50,165 bases of DNA, from NCBI GenBank assembly GCA_040754875.1, contig JBFMBT010000002.1, positions 1 to 50,165 of the forward strand, given 5' to 3'. The position numbers and the translations under genes were made by a program. The DNA is from Verrucomicrobiota bacterium. Lineage in GTDB: Bacteria; Verrucomicrobiota; Verrucomicrobiia; Limisphaerales; JBFMBT01. Below the pieces are notes generated by a model. The model searched no databases. It had not been told where the DNA came from and saw nothing but the letters and a program-made list of their open reading frames with translations. Positions 23,959 through 33,471 of the stretch are shown piece by piece; positions within the stretch are counted from its first letter, which is position 1; the number at the start of each line of letters is the position of its first letter.

Positions 23959-25518
23959 TCAACGCTTTCGCATGGCGTTCCATAACATCTGGCGCTCGTC
24001 CTGGTTCAGCACCAGTCCGAGAACACCCGCGCAGTACAAAACCGATATCCCCAACCCGGCGGCGATTAAATCGCCCCAATCAGCCATCTCCCAGACCGAC
24101 GCCACCGCGCGGCCAAGCAGGATGGTGGCAACGGTCACGAGCAGAATCGGCGTGAATTCCCACAGGAACGTGCGCCACGACCGGCGCAGGATGTGCGCGG
24201 CGTAGATCGGCGTGAACAACGCGTGCCTCAGCGTGATCGTGATCACACCCGCGGCAGCGATGCCATACAGACCCCACCCCAAGGGGCCAGCCAGTAGCAG
24301 CGCCAGGCCCAGGTTGGCCAGGCCAACAAAGAGCGTGAACACGCCCGGCACTTTCATGCGGTCCGTCGTGAGATGCAGCCCGAGCAACGGGTTGACGGCC
24401 ATGTTGAGGCAAAGCGGCGCCGCCATCAGGAACAGCAGTGGACTCCATTCACCGAAAGCGGGGCCGAGCCACAAACGCAGCAGCGGTTCCGAAAACGCGC
24501 ACATCAGCGCGATGGGCAGCGCCAGCATCAAGCCCAGACATTTGACGCCGCGACGCGCATACGTGACCACCCCGTCAATGTCTTTGCGCGCGTAGTAATA
24601 AGTCAGCGTGGGTTGGAACACGATGCCGATGTTTGCGCTCAGGGTCCGGACCAACAGCGGCAGTGCCATTACCGCGGCGTATTTTCCGGCCAGTTCCGCG
24701 CCAAAAAGGCGGTTGGCCACCAACACGTCAATGCCCATATAAAGAATCCAGCCGACTTGGTTGACGATCATCCAGCCGCCAGTCGTGGCCAGCCCTTTGA
24801 ACACGCCCCAGTTGAAATCCTCGCGGGCAATCCGCAGCGACGGCGTCAGCCGCCGCCACAACCAGACCGAGCCTGCCGCCGCGACGAGCGTCCCGCAAAG
24901 AATCGCAATGCCGACAAATTGAATGCTGGCGGACAGCGCATAAAACAGCAGCACCACGAAACCCACGCGGGTCAGGATTTCGCCGGTGGCGACCAGATTG
25001 AACAGGTCGAACCGATTGCGGCAATAAGCCGACACCGCGAAAGGCGTCCTGAGTTCATTCAACAGGAACGCCGCGACGACCGCTGCGACCAGCCAGCGTG
25101 CTTCGGCCTCCAAGCCGGCCGGCACGCGGATGATCGAATCAAGGAACACCAACCCCAGACCGGTCGGAATCAGCAACGCGGCACAAAGCGCCAGGCTGCC
25201 CCAAAACGCGGTGTTAAAGACCCGGCTTGCCTGTTCGTGATTTCCCTGTTCCAACGCAATGGTCAGCGAACGGCCCACGGCGGGATTCAAACCAACCGTG
25301 ATCAGCGCCATCACCGAGGTGAGCGTCGATGCCAGGGGAATCAACCCGTAGGCGGCTGGTCCGAGCTGCCGGACCAGAAACGGGACATACCACACGCCCA
25401 CCGCCAGGCTCAGAGCGAGGTAGCCCAGATTGCTCGCGAGATTGACGCTGAACCGTCCGCGTTTGACCGCGTCGCGGCTTGACGCAGTTTGCGGCGGTTT
25501 CTCGGCAACAGCTTCCAT
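23959..25518 (-). CDS. Wzx-type oligosaccharide flippase (MOP superfamily polysaccharide biosynthesis protein)
   Basis: 519 aa with ~12-14 hydrophobic helices and the typical N-terminus (..SVNLASNLGYLALSLAVGVWYVPFLVRQLGPAAYGL). Confidence 0.8.
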   Translation of the reverse strand: MEAVAEKPPQTASSRDAVKRGRFSVNLASNLGYLALSLAVGVWYVPFLVRQLGPAAYGLIPLASTLTSVMALITVGLNPAVGRSLTIALEQGNHEQASRVFNTAFWGSLALCAALLIPTGLGLVFLDSIIRVPAGLEAEARWLVAAVVAAFLLNELRTPFAVSAYCRNRFDLFNLVATGEILTRVGFVVLLFYALSASIQFVGIAILCGTLVAAAGSVWLWRRLTPSLRIAREDFNWGVFKGLATTGGWMIVNQVGWILYMGIDVLVANRLFGAELAGKYAAVMALPLLVRTLSANIGIVFQPTLTYYYARKDIDGVVTYARRGVKCLGLMLALPIALMCAFSEPLLRLWLGPAFGEWSPLLFLMAAPLCLNMAVNPLLGLHLTTDRMKVPGVFTLFVGLANLGLALLLAGPLGWGLYGIAAAGVITITLRHALFTPIYAAHILRRSWRTFLWEFTPILLVTVATILLGRAVASVWEMADWGDLIAAGLGISVLYCAGVLGLVLNQDERQMLWNAMRKR

Positions 25519-25526
25519 GCGGATTC

Positions 25527-25620
25527 ATTTATGATTTACGATTGATGATTTATAATTTGTTCCTCCAGCCGTGCGGTCGACGCCTGCCACGACGCAAATC
25601 ATAAATCGTAAATCATCAAT
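25527..25620. repeat. AT-rich inverted repeat (ATGATTTACGATT ... AATCGTAAATCAT) bracketing a GC-rich 60-nt loop
   Basis: The 13-bp perfect arms are at 25531-25543 and 25604-25616, extended imperfectly on both sides. It fills the PCP-to-flippase gap. Confidence 0.75.
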
Positions 25621-25626
25621 CCTCAA

Positions 25627-27915
25627 TCACCTGATCGCCGGGCTGGGGCGTTTCGGCGGGCGAGGCTCCCAGTGGTAGCTGCTCGCGTAGCGTTGATAGC
25701 CGTTGCATTCGTATCGCGAGGGGATGGCGCGATTGAAGATGAGGCCCAGCACGCGGGCGCGACGCTGATGCAACGCATCCAACGCCTGGCCCGCCATTCG
25801 CGCCGAGGTGTATGACGCGCGCACCACGAAGAGCACGCCGTCCACCTGGGGCGCCAGGGCGGAAGCGTCACTCGCGGCCAGCAAGGGCGGAGTGTCCACC
25901 AGAATGAAATCAAAACGCTCCCGTACTTGTGACAGGAAACGGCTCCACTCCGCGCTCAACACCAGTTCGCCCGGATGCCGTCGCGCGTCGCCCGCGGGCA
26001 GAAGCGCAAGGTTCTCCAGGTCCGGATGAACGACGGCATCGGAGAACGAGCTTTCTCCGTTGAGGATTTCCGCCAGGCCCGGCGTGGCGGACGCCGCGAA
26101 GTATTCGTGCAGCCTGCCCCGGCGCATGTCCGCGTCCACCAGCAATACCCGGGCGTTGCCCATGGCCATTGTGGCAGCCAGGTACAATGACACGGTCGAT
26201 TTGCCCTCCTTGGGAACGGAGCTGGAAATGAGGATTGTTTTGGGCTTCGTTCCCCCGTTGCCCATGAACAGGAGCGACGAGCGAATGGTGCGGAAGGATT
26301 CCAAAAACTCGAACCGCTGTTTTTCCAACGCCTCCAGTCCCAAGTGACCCTTGCGGTTCTTGATGCTGATCTCGGGGATTTGCCCGACGACCGGCTCGGA
26401 GAGGTGTTCGCTGAGGTCGGTGAGGGAAGAAAAATCATCCCGCAGCACCCCAAAGCAATAGAGCAGCCCGAAGCCAAGGAAGAGCGAACCGGCCAGCGCG
26501 ACGGCCAGGTTCCTCTTCATACGGTTGATCGGCGCCGCGGCCGACGCCGGGTCAAGAATGCCCACGTTCTCCTGCTCGACGGCTTTGCTGAGATCCACGG
26601 TCTGCACCAACTCCAGCAGCTTGTCGTAGCCGGCCTGAAGCCGGTTCATCCCCTGGCGGAGCCGTTCGTAATCGGCCATCTTGCGGCTGGCTTCGAAGGC
26701 CCGCCCGTCCCATTCCTCGAGCGTCTTTTCCAGGTTCTGGATTTCCAGTTTGATGGCCTGACGGCGATGCGTCATTTGTTTCACCGCCTCGTCCCGGGAG
26801 ATTTGGCCGAGTTTCTCCTGAGCCGCGATTTCCTCGTTCAACTTGATGATCTTGGGGTGGGCCGGTTTCAGGAAATGGAGTTCATCGCGTTTGGCCTTGA
26901 GTAATCCGATCTGTTGGTTCGCCTTGAACAACTCATCATGGGGACCGGCCAGGCTCGTCAACATTTCGCGGGCGATGGCTTCATCCGCCAACGATTCACC
27001 GGAAGGCCCGATTTCCCGGCGGCTTCTGGCTTCAATCCATTGTTCCGGCAGCAACGACTGAAGCAATCCCAGTTCGGTCCGCAGGTTGGCGATCTTCCGG
27101 TTCAACTGGCCGAGGTAACTGCCGGCGCTGGCGCCCTGTTCCTGCAACAGCACCACGTTGTTCGAGGATTGGAACGCGGACAATTTCTCCTGTTGCGCGT
27201 CCAACTCCTGGGCCAGCTCCCTCACTTGCGCGGCGACGGAAGTGACGACCCGGTCCGCCGACTTATCGCGCGCCTCCTTCTTGAAGCTCAAATATTCTTC
27301 CATCCAGATGTCCACGAATGCGCGGGTCAACTCCGGTTCCGGACCGATGGCGTGCAGCTCCAGAATGCTGCTCCGCGAAGCTTCGCGCACTTTCACTTTG
27401 AAAAGCGAAGGCGGGTTCGTTTCGGACCGCGTGGTTTCGCCGTGGGCGGCCACGTAGCCCGGTTCCGAGACCAGTTGCCAAAGCCCCTTTGCCTTGTCCG
27501 GAAGGCTGGCGCCCGTCGTTGCGTTCGTTTCCGTGGCGATGGCGCCGGGCGCGTTGGTGATGGTTGCGGCCAGCCGGTTCAGGGCGCGCCGCTGAATCAT
27601 CGGGCTGCGCAACAATTCCGCCTGCGTTCCCAGATAATCGATCAGTTCCTCGGTGTAGAGCCGGCCTTCGCGCAGGTCGAGCTTGCCGGTCAGCCACATG
27701 CGGCCCATGGATTCGTACGCGGGCGGAGCGTGGTAGGTCAGGTACCAGACCGGTACCACCACCGAAATCACGATCAGGGTCAGGAGCCACCAGTATTTGC
27801 CCAGCAAAACCCGCCACCGGTGCAGCCGCCCATGCAGCCGGGAGGCGGACGTAAACCGATCACCCGGAGTGAGCAAATTCACCGCGGGCGTCGTCAGTTG
27901 TTGATTGCTTTCCAT
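25627..27915 (-). CDS. Polysaccharide co-polymerase / tyrosine autokinase (Wzc-like, PCP-2a)
   Basis: N-terminal Wzz-like domain with a TM, then a long coiled-coil. Walker A is SSVPKEGKST, Walker A' is LLVDADMRRG and Walker B is FDFILVDTPP. The C-terminal Tyr cluster is RYECNGYQRYASSYHW. Confidence 0.9.
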   Translation of the reverse strand: MESNQQLTTPAVNLLTPGDRFTSASRLHGRLHRWRVLLGKYWWLLTLIVISVVVPVWYLTYHAPPAYESMGRMWLTGKLDLREGRLYTEELIDYLGTQAELLRSPMIQRRALNRLAATITNAPGAIATETNATTGASLPDKAKGLWQLVSEPGYVAAHGETTRSETNPPSLFKVKVREASRSSILELHAIGPEPELTRAFVDIWMEEYLSFKKEARDKSADRVVTSVAAQVRELAQELDAQQEKLSAFQSSNNVVLLQEQGASAGSYLGQLNRKIANLRTELGLLQSLLPEQWIEARSRREIGPSGESLADEAIAREMLTSLAGPHDELFKANQQIGLLKAKRDELHFLKPAHPKIIKLNEEIAAQEKLGQISRDEAVKQMTHRRQAIKLEIQNLEKTLEEWDGRAFEASRKMADYERLRQGMNRLQAGYDKLLELVQTVDLSKAVEQENVGILDPASAAAPINRMKRNLAVALAGSLFLGFGLLYCFGVLRDDFSSLTDLSEHLSEPVVGQIPEISIKNRKGHLGLEALEKQRFEFLESFRTIRSSLLFMGNGGTKPKTILISSSVPKEGKSTVSLYLAATMAMGNARVLLVDADMRRGRLHEYFAASATPGLAEILNGESSFSDAVVHPDLENLALLPAGDARRHPGELVLSAEWSRFLSQVRERFDFILVDTPPLLAASDASALAPQVDGVLFVVRASYTSARMAGQALDALHQRRARVLGLIFNRAIPSRYECNGYQRYASSYHWEPRPPKRPSPAIR

Positions 27916-27927
27916 GGCAACCTCCCG

Positions 27928-28575
27928 TCAAAAGTTCACCAGCCGCGCGGGCACCACGATCATGTCGCCCGGCTGCACGACCAGGTCCTTCTCCAGCGCG
28001 CCCTTCTGCCAGACGTCGAGAACATTAACCTTGAATGTCTCCGCCCCTGTGGCGGTCTTCCGCACGAGATGCACGTTTCTCTTGTCCGAAAAATCGCTGA
28101 ACCCGCCGGCCCTCAGAACCGCCTTGCTGACAGTCATGTGTTCGTCGGCGGGAATTTCAAAACCGCCCGGCGTGCGCACCTGGCCGGTGACATAAACCCT
28201 GCCGGTGACCCTCGCCTTGTTGACCACTTCGACGGAGATCATCACCGTCGCGCGGTAGTAAAGATCCCGTTCCAACAGTTTCTTGATTTCCTGGGCCAAT
28301 TGCCGGCTGGTTTTTCCGGCAGCCTCAACGAGTCCGTAGTACGGCACATCCAGTTCGCCGGTGTCTTTGACCGTGAGGGTGCGCGGCTCGTCCTTGTCCT
28401 CGATGACATGGTAGGTGATCCGGTCGCCCGGCCCCAGTTTCTGCCGGTCGTCCAAAGTCGCCATGGACGTCGCCCCAGCCAGGCGTGTCGGAGCGTTGGT
28501 TTGGGCCGGTTCAGCGGAACTGGCAACCAACACGCCGAAACACAGCGAAAGCAAAATGAGGGATGCGGTTTTCAT
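27928..28575 (-). CDS. Short OPX (Wza-like) polysaccharide export protein: PES motif + SLBB only
   Basis: I trimmed to ATG 28575 (MKTASLILLSLCFGVLVASSA signal peptide). PES motif is LGPGDRITYHV; SLBB region is VYVTGQVRTPGGFEIP..MTVSKAVLRAGG. It is only 215 aa. The track ORF's 105 extra codons overlap the OMP gene and the repeat tract. Confidence 0.85.
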   Translation of the reverse strand: MKTASLILLSLCFGVLVASSAEPAQTNAPTRLAGATSMATLDDRQKLGPGDRITYHVIEDKDEPRTLTVKDTGELDVPYYGLVEAAGKTSRQLAQEIKKLLERDLYYRATVMISVEVVNKARVTGRVYVTGQVRTPGGFEIPADEHMTVSKAVLRAGGFSDFSDKRNVHLVRKTATGAETFKVNVLDVWQKGALEKDLVVQPGDMIVVPARLVNF

Positions 28576-28618
28576 AGGTCGATCGGGTCTGTTGTCCTGG
28601 TAGTAGAAAAGCCGGAAA

Positions 28619-28644
28619 GTCGAGGACGAGGACGACGGTGAGAC
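28619..28644. repeat. (GAGGAC)n-type hexamer tract, opposite orientation relative to the operon
   Basis: GTCGAGGACGAGGACGACGGTGAGAC on the plus strand, between the OMP stop (28646) and the OPX start (28575). Confidence 0.75.
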
Positions 28645-28645
28645 T

Positions 28646-29935
28646 TCAAAAACTGAAGGACAGCTCCCAACTAAGCCGGTTCCGCGAAAAATCCCGCAAC
28701 GGAACATCCGACTCTTTGATGGAAAAATCGTAAGCCACGCCTGTGCGCCAATGTTTGTGAAACTGCCAGCCCGCCCACACGCCGGCCCGATAATAAGTGT
28801 ATTCCTCGCGAAACGGTCCGCCGAATTCCTCGGCGAAATTGGCCGACAAACTTGCGCCCAGATGCACGTTCCGGACGACGGGCGAGGCAATCGAGTAGCG
28901 AACCTGGGTGAGTTCCACGTTGTTCGCGTTGTCGCCGATCAAATGCTCGCGCGTGGCCGCCAGCGCGTGGGTAAAAAGCCGCGTTTCCTGCTGGACCCGC
29001 ACATAGGCGTAGTAGTCCTCAAACTCGCTGGTCACCGCCGGGCCGGCTCTGAAACGCGCCGTCTCGTAACCGCCGCCCGCGCGCAGGTTGATTTTCTCCA
29101 ACGTCAACAGCTCGATGAACGGCCCGCCGCGCGCCCGCCAATGATCGTTGAGAACAAGCTCCGTTGCGTAATCATGCAGGCTGGCCTGCGCTTCCAAACC
29201 GACCTGCACCGTGTCTCCGATCAAAAGTGCCGCGCTCGCATTGAACCATTCCGAAACCCGGTCCAGGTAGTTGAACTGCCCCGTCACCGGGACAAAGTTC
29301 TCGTGATCGTATCCCGCCGTCAGAACGACCTTGTTCAGGTCCCACAACACCTCTAACCCGGCCAGGTTGTCCCAACGGCTGAATTTGCCCACGTTGACGA
29401 AATTGAAAAATCGCTCGGTCGGCCCCGAGTTGTAGAACAGGCTCTCCTGGTAGGAAAAGCGCTCGCGCAGCGTGATGCGAAAGTCGCCGGCGAAAACGCG
29501 GAACGACAGTTCGGAGTCCGGATTGATCAGGGGCGCGTCGCTGTTGAGCGCGCGGTTGTTCAGATACCATTCGTAGTTCACGCCCAGCGAAAGGCGCAAT
29601 GCGTTCAGTTCCGTGACCGGCCAGAGCGCCTGCAAGTTCACTCCGGGGTTGATCAACAGATCGTCGCTCTGGTTCGCATCCGAGAAAAAGACATTGTCCG
29701 TGTAGCCCAGCCGCATGGCGGCTTCCGTCCGAAAGCGGACCGCCCCCCATTGCAGGTTGTAATCCTCGGCCGCCAGGGCGCGCTTCAACGCCGCCGCCGC
29801 CTCTTCGCCGGCCAGCGACCCTCGCGTTTGCGCGTGGGCGGCCACCGCCAAAAGCATGATCCCGCAGGCCACCTGAGCTTGCACCAACCAGCGCGCAAGC
29901 CAATGTCCCCAGGCATTTCGATGCCTTCCATTCAT
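28646..29935 (-). CDS. Outer-membrane beta-barrel protein associated with polysaccharide export
   Basis: Signal peptide ..MLLAVAAHAQT. Alternating amphipathic beta-strand pattern throughout. C-terminal ..RLSWELSFSF ends in an aromatic residue (OMP signature). Confidence 0.7.
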   Translation of the reverse strand: MNGRHRNAWGHWLARWLVQAQVACGIMLLAVAAHAQTRGSLAGEEAAAALKRALAAEDYNLQWGAVRFRTEAAMRLGYTDNVFFSDANQSDDLLINPGVNLQALWPVTELNALRLSLGVNYEWYLNNRALNSDAPLINPDSELSFRVFAGDFRITLRERFSYQESLFYNSGPTERFFNFVNVGKFSRWDNLAGLEVLWDLNKVVLTAGYDHENFVPVTGQFNYLDRVSEWFNASAALLIGDTVQVGLEAQASLHDYATELVLNDHWRARGGPFIELLTLEKINLRAGGGYETARFRAGPAVTSEFEDYYAYVRVQQETRLFTHALAATREHLIGDNANNVELTQVRYSIASPVVRNVHLGASLSANFAEEFGGPFREEYTYYRAGVWAGWQFHKHWRTGVAYDFSIKESDVPLRDFSRNRLSWELSFSF

Positions 29936-30067
29936 GACCCGTTGACGTTCCCCAGCGCGTCATTGGATGTCCGCTGAGTCGAACATCCAAGTCGCAGGGA
30001 ACGGCGAATGTAACATCGCCTTCCCGCCCCCGCGCTGCAACGTCCCTTTCTCACCCGCCCGCACAAC

Positions 30068-31786
30068 TCACTGCTGCGGGCGCAATCGATAAAATTCCGC
30101 CTGCCCGGTCGCCGGCTTCGTCACCACATACTGCTCGCCGCGAATCACGGGAGTGTTGGTGTCATTCGCCCAACTCCCATCGGCCGCAAGGCTTGCCCGT
30201 GACTGCAATGTCCAGTTGCCGACATTGGTCGGCCACGACACCTCGACGTTTGGGGCCACGGTTGCGATTTGTAGCCGGGCCGCGCGGGGCAGCAGAACAA
30301 AGACATTGAACGTCGGGCCGGTGGACGGAGGCGTCAGCAGCGGGCCATTGGGCGCGGCCACGGTCAACCCCGTCATGGGCAACAGCAGCGGAGCGCCGTC
30401 AAACACCCCGCTCAACACCGGCGGTCCAGATGGGTCTTGCGCGTTGATCACGTCGTACCCCACGCCCACAGGCAACAACGAGGCGACATCCACCGGCACA
30501 TGGCTCAACCCGTCCCAGTTGTACACGATGATGTTGGCGCGACCCGGCTCGAAGCGATTGGGGCGGACAAAGACCTGCGTGCCGCTCAATCCGCCCACCG
30601 TATGGCTGCTGTTCAGGTCATAACTCGTGGCCGCCTGCCACTCCGGAAAAGTGTGGACGATCGAATTGCTCCAGAAACCGCCAGCCGTCGGCGCGCGCCA
30701 GTATCGATTGTCATCCCAGACGCCCGTCATCGGAAACGTTTGATTCAACCGGACAATCGGGTTCGTGTTTTGCGCCGCGAAGAGGTTCCCGGTCACCGTC
30801 GCGTTGGTCCAGTTGTTCAACGTCAGGCTCAACGGGAAGTAATTGTCCTGCAGTACCACGCTGCCGTTGGTTCCGAACCACCCGATCAGCACGTTGTCCA
30901 ACGCGGTGGTGACCAGCGGCCGATAAGTCATATTTTCCTTCAAAACGATGCGGTCGGCGCCGGTCGAAGGCGGCTCCACGCCGATGATCCAGTCCCAATA
31001 CCGTCGCACCTGTTGCAACGCGCCCGCGTGGAACGCCACGTTGCCCTCCAGCGTGACGCCCGCCAGTTGACGGCCCGCGCGCTGCTCGTAAAGGTGGAAG
31101 TTCGCTCCCGTGGCGTTGAACGCGATATTGTCCGCAATCTCGACGGGACCGATGTAGCTTTGCGCGTAAACATTGTGCCCCTCCGCGTTGTCCGGCGAAG
31201 CCCAGCCGTTGTTGTAAAGCAGGCAGCCGTACACCAGCGTGTTGGTCGCGACTTCCGAGATGTAGATGCCGCTGCGCGTCTGGTCGCGAACCACCAGATT
31301 GATGAAACTCAGATTGGGCGCGTAGCACTCGATGCCGATTCTTGGATTGATGTCGCTCGGAGGCGGATTGATGCCCGCCCCCCATATCGCGCTCAAGCGG
31401 TTTGTGTCCGAACTGTATAATTCAAAATCGCGCAAGACCACGTGACCGGCAGCGCCCCAAAAGATTACGGAACCATCCACCCGCGCCTTCTCTCCGGGCC
31501 ATTGGCGGAACGTGATCGGTTTTCCCGCTTCGCCGTGAACTTGCGTGGCCACCTGGCCCAACGCATACGTCCCTTCGCGCAACCAAAACGTGTCGCCCGG
31601 TTGCCCGACCCCACCCGAGAGAGCCGTCCTCAGGTCGTACGGTTCGGCCATCGTGCCGGGACCGCCCGGCGTTCCCTGCGGGGCCACGTACCAATTGGCT
31701 GCGCCCGCTTGCAGCAGCGCCCACGGCATCCAGACCAGGCAGAAGCGGATCAGTGGGCCGAGCTTGAATGGACGGCCACCGATCAC
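30068..31786 (-). CDS. Secreted right-handed parallel beta-helix protein (possible polysaccharide lyase/epimerase) with a C-terminal beta-sandwich
   Basis: I trimmed to GTG 31786, which gives a signal peptide (M)IGGRPFKLGPLIRFCLVWMPWALLQAGA|ANWYV and a GTGA overlap with the methyltransferase stop. Repeated short beta-helix-like coils are present (..NLVVRDQTRSGIYI.., ..GCLLYNNGW.., ..IADNIAFNATG.., ..LEGNVAFHAG..). The protein ends ..AEFYRLRPQQ. Confidence 0.7.
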   Translation of the reverse strand: MIGGRPFKLGPLIRFCLVWMPWALLQAGAANWYVAPQGTPGGPGTMAEPYDLRTALSGGVGQPGDTFWLREGTYALGQVATQVHGEAGKPITFRQWPGEKARVDGSVIFWGAAGHVVLRDFELYSSDTNRLSAIWGAGINPPPSDINPRIGIECYAPNLSFINLVVRDQTRSGIYISEVATNTLVYGCLLYNNGWASPDNAEGHNVYAQSYIGPVEIADNIAFNATGANFHLYEQRAGRQLAGVTLEGNVAFHAGALQQVRRYWDWIIGVEPPSTGADRIVLKENMTYRPLVTTALDNVLIGWFGTNGSVVLQDNYFPLSLTLNNWTNATVTGNLFAAQNTNPIVRLNQTFPMTGVWDDNRYWRAPTAGGFWSNSIVHTFPEWQAATSYDLNSSHTVGGLSGTQVFVRPNRFEPGRANIIVYNWDGLSHVPVDVASLLPVGVGYDVINAQDPSGPPVLSGVFDGAPLLLPMTGLTVAAPNGPLLTPPSTGPTFNVFVLLPRAARLQIATVAPNVEVSWPTNVGNWTLQSRASLAADGSWANDTNTPVIRGEQYVVTKPATGQAEFYRLRPQQ

Positions 31787-32574
31787 AGCGCCACACAACT
31801 TGGGTGCGATCCGGTTGCCGCTCGACTGCGCGCTGGCCCGCCATAATCCGCTTTGTTCGCCACGCGCATGCGCAGAATGAAGCTCGAGCCCGTCAGGTAC
31901 TGCATCGCCCGGTTCTGCGAAAGCCGGCCCAGCGGATACAAAGGATTCCAATCCAGATCTCGCAGGCGGTAGCCTGCTTGTTCGAAGGTTCTGATCCAGA
32001 CCTCTGGTTGCTGGTGTTTGTGCCACTCGATGGTCGGCGCAAACGGCGACTTGAGCCCGACCATGTTCCAAAGGTTGAACCGAGCCATGTCCACCACGAG
32101 CACGATCCCATCCGGCGCGAGCAACTCGCGCAAGCGGGTCAGGATCGCCACAAACCGCGCGACCGCGTCCGTGTCGCGATGCAACCGGGTCGTCGCTTCC
32201 TCATCCAGGTGATTGATTACATTGTACAGAATGGCGACATCAAACGGCCCGGCGTCCGGCGAGAGATCTTCCAAAGAGGCTTCTTTCGCGAAGACCGTCC
32301 GTTCGAGCTGCAATTCCTGAATCGTCCAGCGGAATCGCTCCAGCGTGCCTTTGGTGCTCCCGGCGGTTTCGGGCTCGATCCCCAGAACCTTCGCCGCGCC
32401 ATGAATGCCGGCCCACAGCGCGAACGCACCGCTGCCGCAGCCCACGTCCAGCACGCGCCGTTGTGCCAAGGGTACGCCGCCGAAGACAGCCCGTGCGCGC
32501 GCCTTGTATCTCCTCGCGCTCCGGTAACCGGCAGCCCGCGCCGCCACCGCAATCTTTGCTTCGGTGTCTTGCAC
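31783..32574 (-). CDS. Class I SAM-dependent methyltransferase
   Basis: SAM motif I is VLDVGCGSGAFAL, followed by FDVAILYNVINHL. The start is a GTG at 32574, preceded by GGAG and a GAGGAC tract. Confidence 0.85.
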   Translation of the reverse strand: MQDTEAKIAVAARAAGYRSARRYKARARAVFGGVPLAQRRVLDVGCGSGAFALWAGIHGAAKVLGIEPETAGSTKGTLERFRWTIQELQLERTVFAKEASLEDLSPDAGPFDVAILYNVINHLDEEATTRLHRDTDAVARFVAILTRLRELLAPDGIVLVVDMARFNLWNMVGLKSPFAPTIEWHKHQQPEVWIRTFEQAGYRLRDLDWNPLYPLGRLSQNRAMQYLTGSSFILRMRVANKADYGGPARSRAATGSHPSCVAL

Positions 32575-32582
32575 AACTCCGG

Positions 32583-32604
32583 CTCGTTCTCGTCCTCGTC
32601 CTCG
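32583..32604. repeat. (GAGGAC)n-type hexamer tract upstream of the methyltransferase start
   Basis: The sense strand reads CGAGGACGAGGACGAGAACGAG-CCGGAGTT-GTG. Confidence 0.75.
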
Positions 32605-32618
32605 AAATAATTCGTTGC

Positions 32619-32827
32619 GAGCCTGTTGGCCCGATGCTCACCGAACGCGGCAACAACGCCTCCCTCTCCCCAAGGGAGAGGGCCGGGGTGAGGGGGAAGG
32701 CAACGTTACACTTCCACGATCTCCAAATTCGCCAAGCAATGCGGCATACCAATCGCCGTTCCCCTCCTGGGAGGGGCAAGGGGTGGGTTCTCCGCGAGCC
32801 TGTTGCCCGATACTCACCGAACGCGGC
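32619..32827. repeat. Composite REP-like array (linker, family A, family B, linker) with 32-bp direct repeats at both ends
   Basis: GAGCCTGTTGGCCCGATGCTCACCGAACGCGGC (32619-32651) and GAGCCTGTTGCCCGATACTCACCGAACGCGGC (32795-32827) flank family A (32659-32732) and family B (32748-32794). Confidence 0.85.
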
Positions 32828-32853
32828 GCAGTTCCAAAGAAGCTTTGCACCTT

Positions 32854-33471
32854 TCAGGTTGGATGCGCCGTAAGCAACCCCGCCCGGCCAAGCGCGATCT
32901 GCGCGCCGTTCCGATGGTTGAACAGCACCGACTCCAGACCCAGTTCGGCCGGCACCGAGCGGCCCAGGATGTCGAGCAGGATCTGGACGCGCTGTCTGCC
33001 CGGCAGCACCCGCGTGACCGTCGCCTTCATGCCCGCGAACGCCCCGGCAGCGATCTCCACTTCCTCTCCCTCCACCGGTGTATCCGTCAACACCACGTCG
33101 CTCATTTCCGCCAGTTGCCGCCGCAACTCCCCGATGACGTAGTCTGGCACTTCCGGCACAAGGTCGCCGAATCGCACCACAAACTTCACCGCCGGCGTGC
33201 CGCTTACCTTCTCCAGCATTGCGTCCAGCGTGAAGCGGGCGAACAGGTAGTTGGGAAACAGGGATTCGATGAACCACTTGGGCCCCCGGCGCGTGGAACG
33301 CAGCAGGCGCAGTTGCGGATTGAACACCTCGACAGCGGGAAGCTGCCCCAGGTGCGCGGCCGCAATGTGTTCCCGTTTCATCTGGGAACGGATGCAAAAC
33401 CAGGCTGCCTTGTCTGCATCAGGGCAAAGCTCCGCACTTCGTGAGGGAGCAACTTCCATCGCGCTTTTCAT
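32854..33471 (-). CDS. Specialised NusG-paralog transcription antiterminator (NGN + KOW; RfaH/UpxY/LoaP-like role)
   Basis: NGN-like segment WFCIRSQMKREHIAAAHL..EVFNPQLR.......KWFIESLFPNYLFARF. KOW-like segment EGEEVEIAAGAFAGMKATVTRVLPGRQRVQILLDILGR. It is the first gene of the co-directional polysaccharide locus. Confidence 0.8.
   Translation of the reverse strand: MKSAMEVAPSRSAELCPDADKAAWFCIRSQMKREHIAAAHLGQLPAVEVFNPQLRLLRSTRRGPKWFIESLFPNYLFARFTLDAMLEKVSGTPAVKFVVRFGDLVPEVPDYVIGELRRQLAEMSDVVLTDTPVEGEEVEIAAGAFAGMKATVTRVLPGRQRVQILLDILGRSVPAELGLESVLFNHRNGAQIALGRAGLLTAHPT

Noticed and set aside
32240-33397. A 385-aa minus-strand ORF spanning the methyltransferase 5' end, the repeat array and the NusG-paralog gene in another frame.
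   Set aside because: It runs through REP-like repeats and overlaps two ORFs that have clear family motifs. Its composition is Gly/Arg/Ala-rich and low in complexity.
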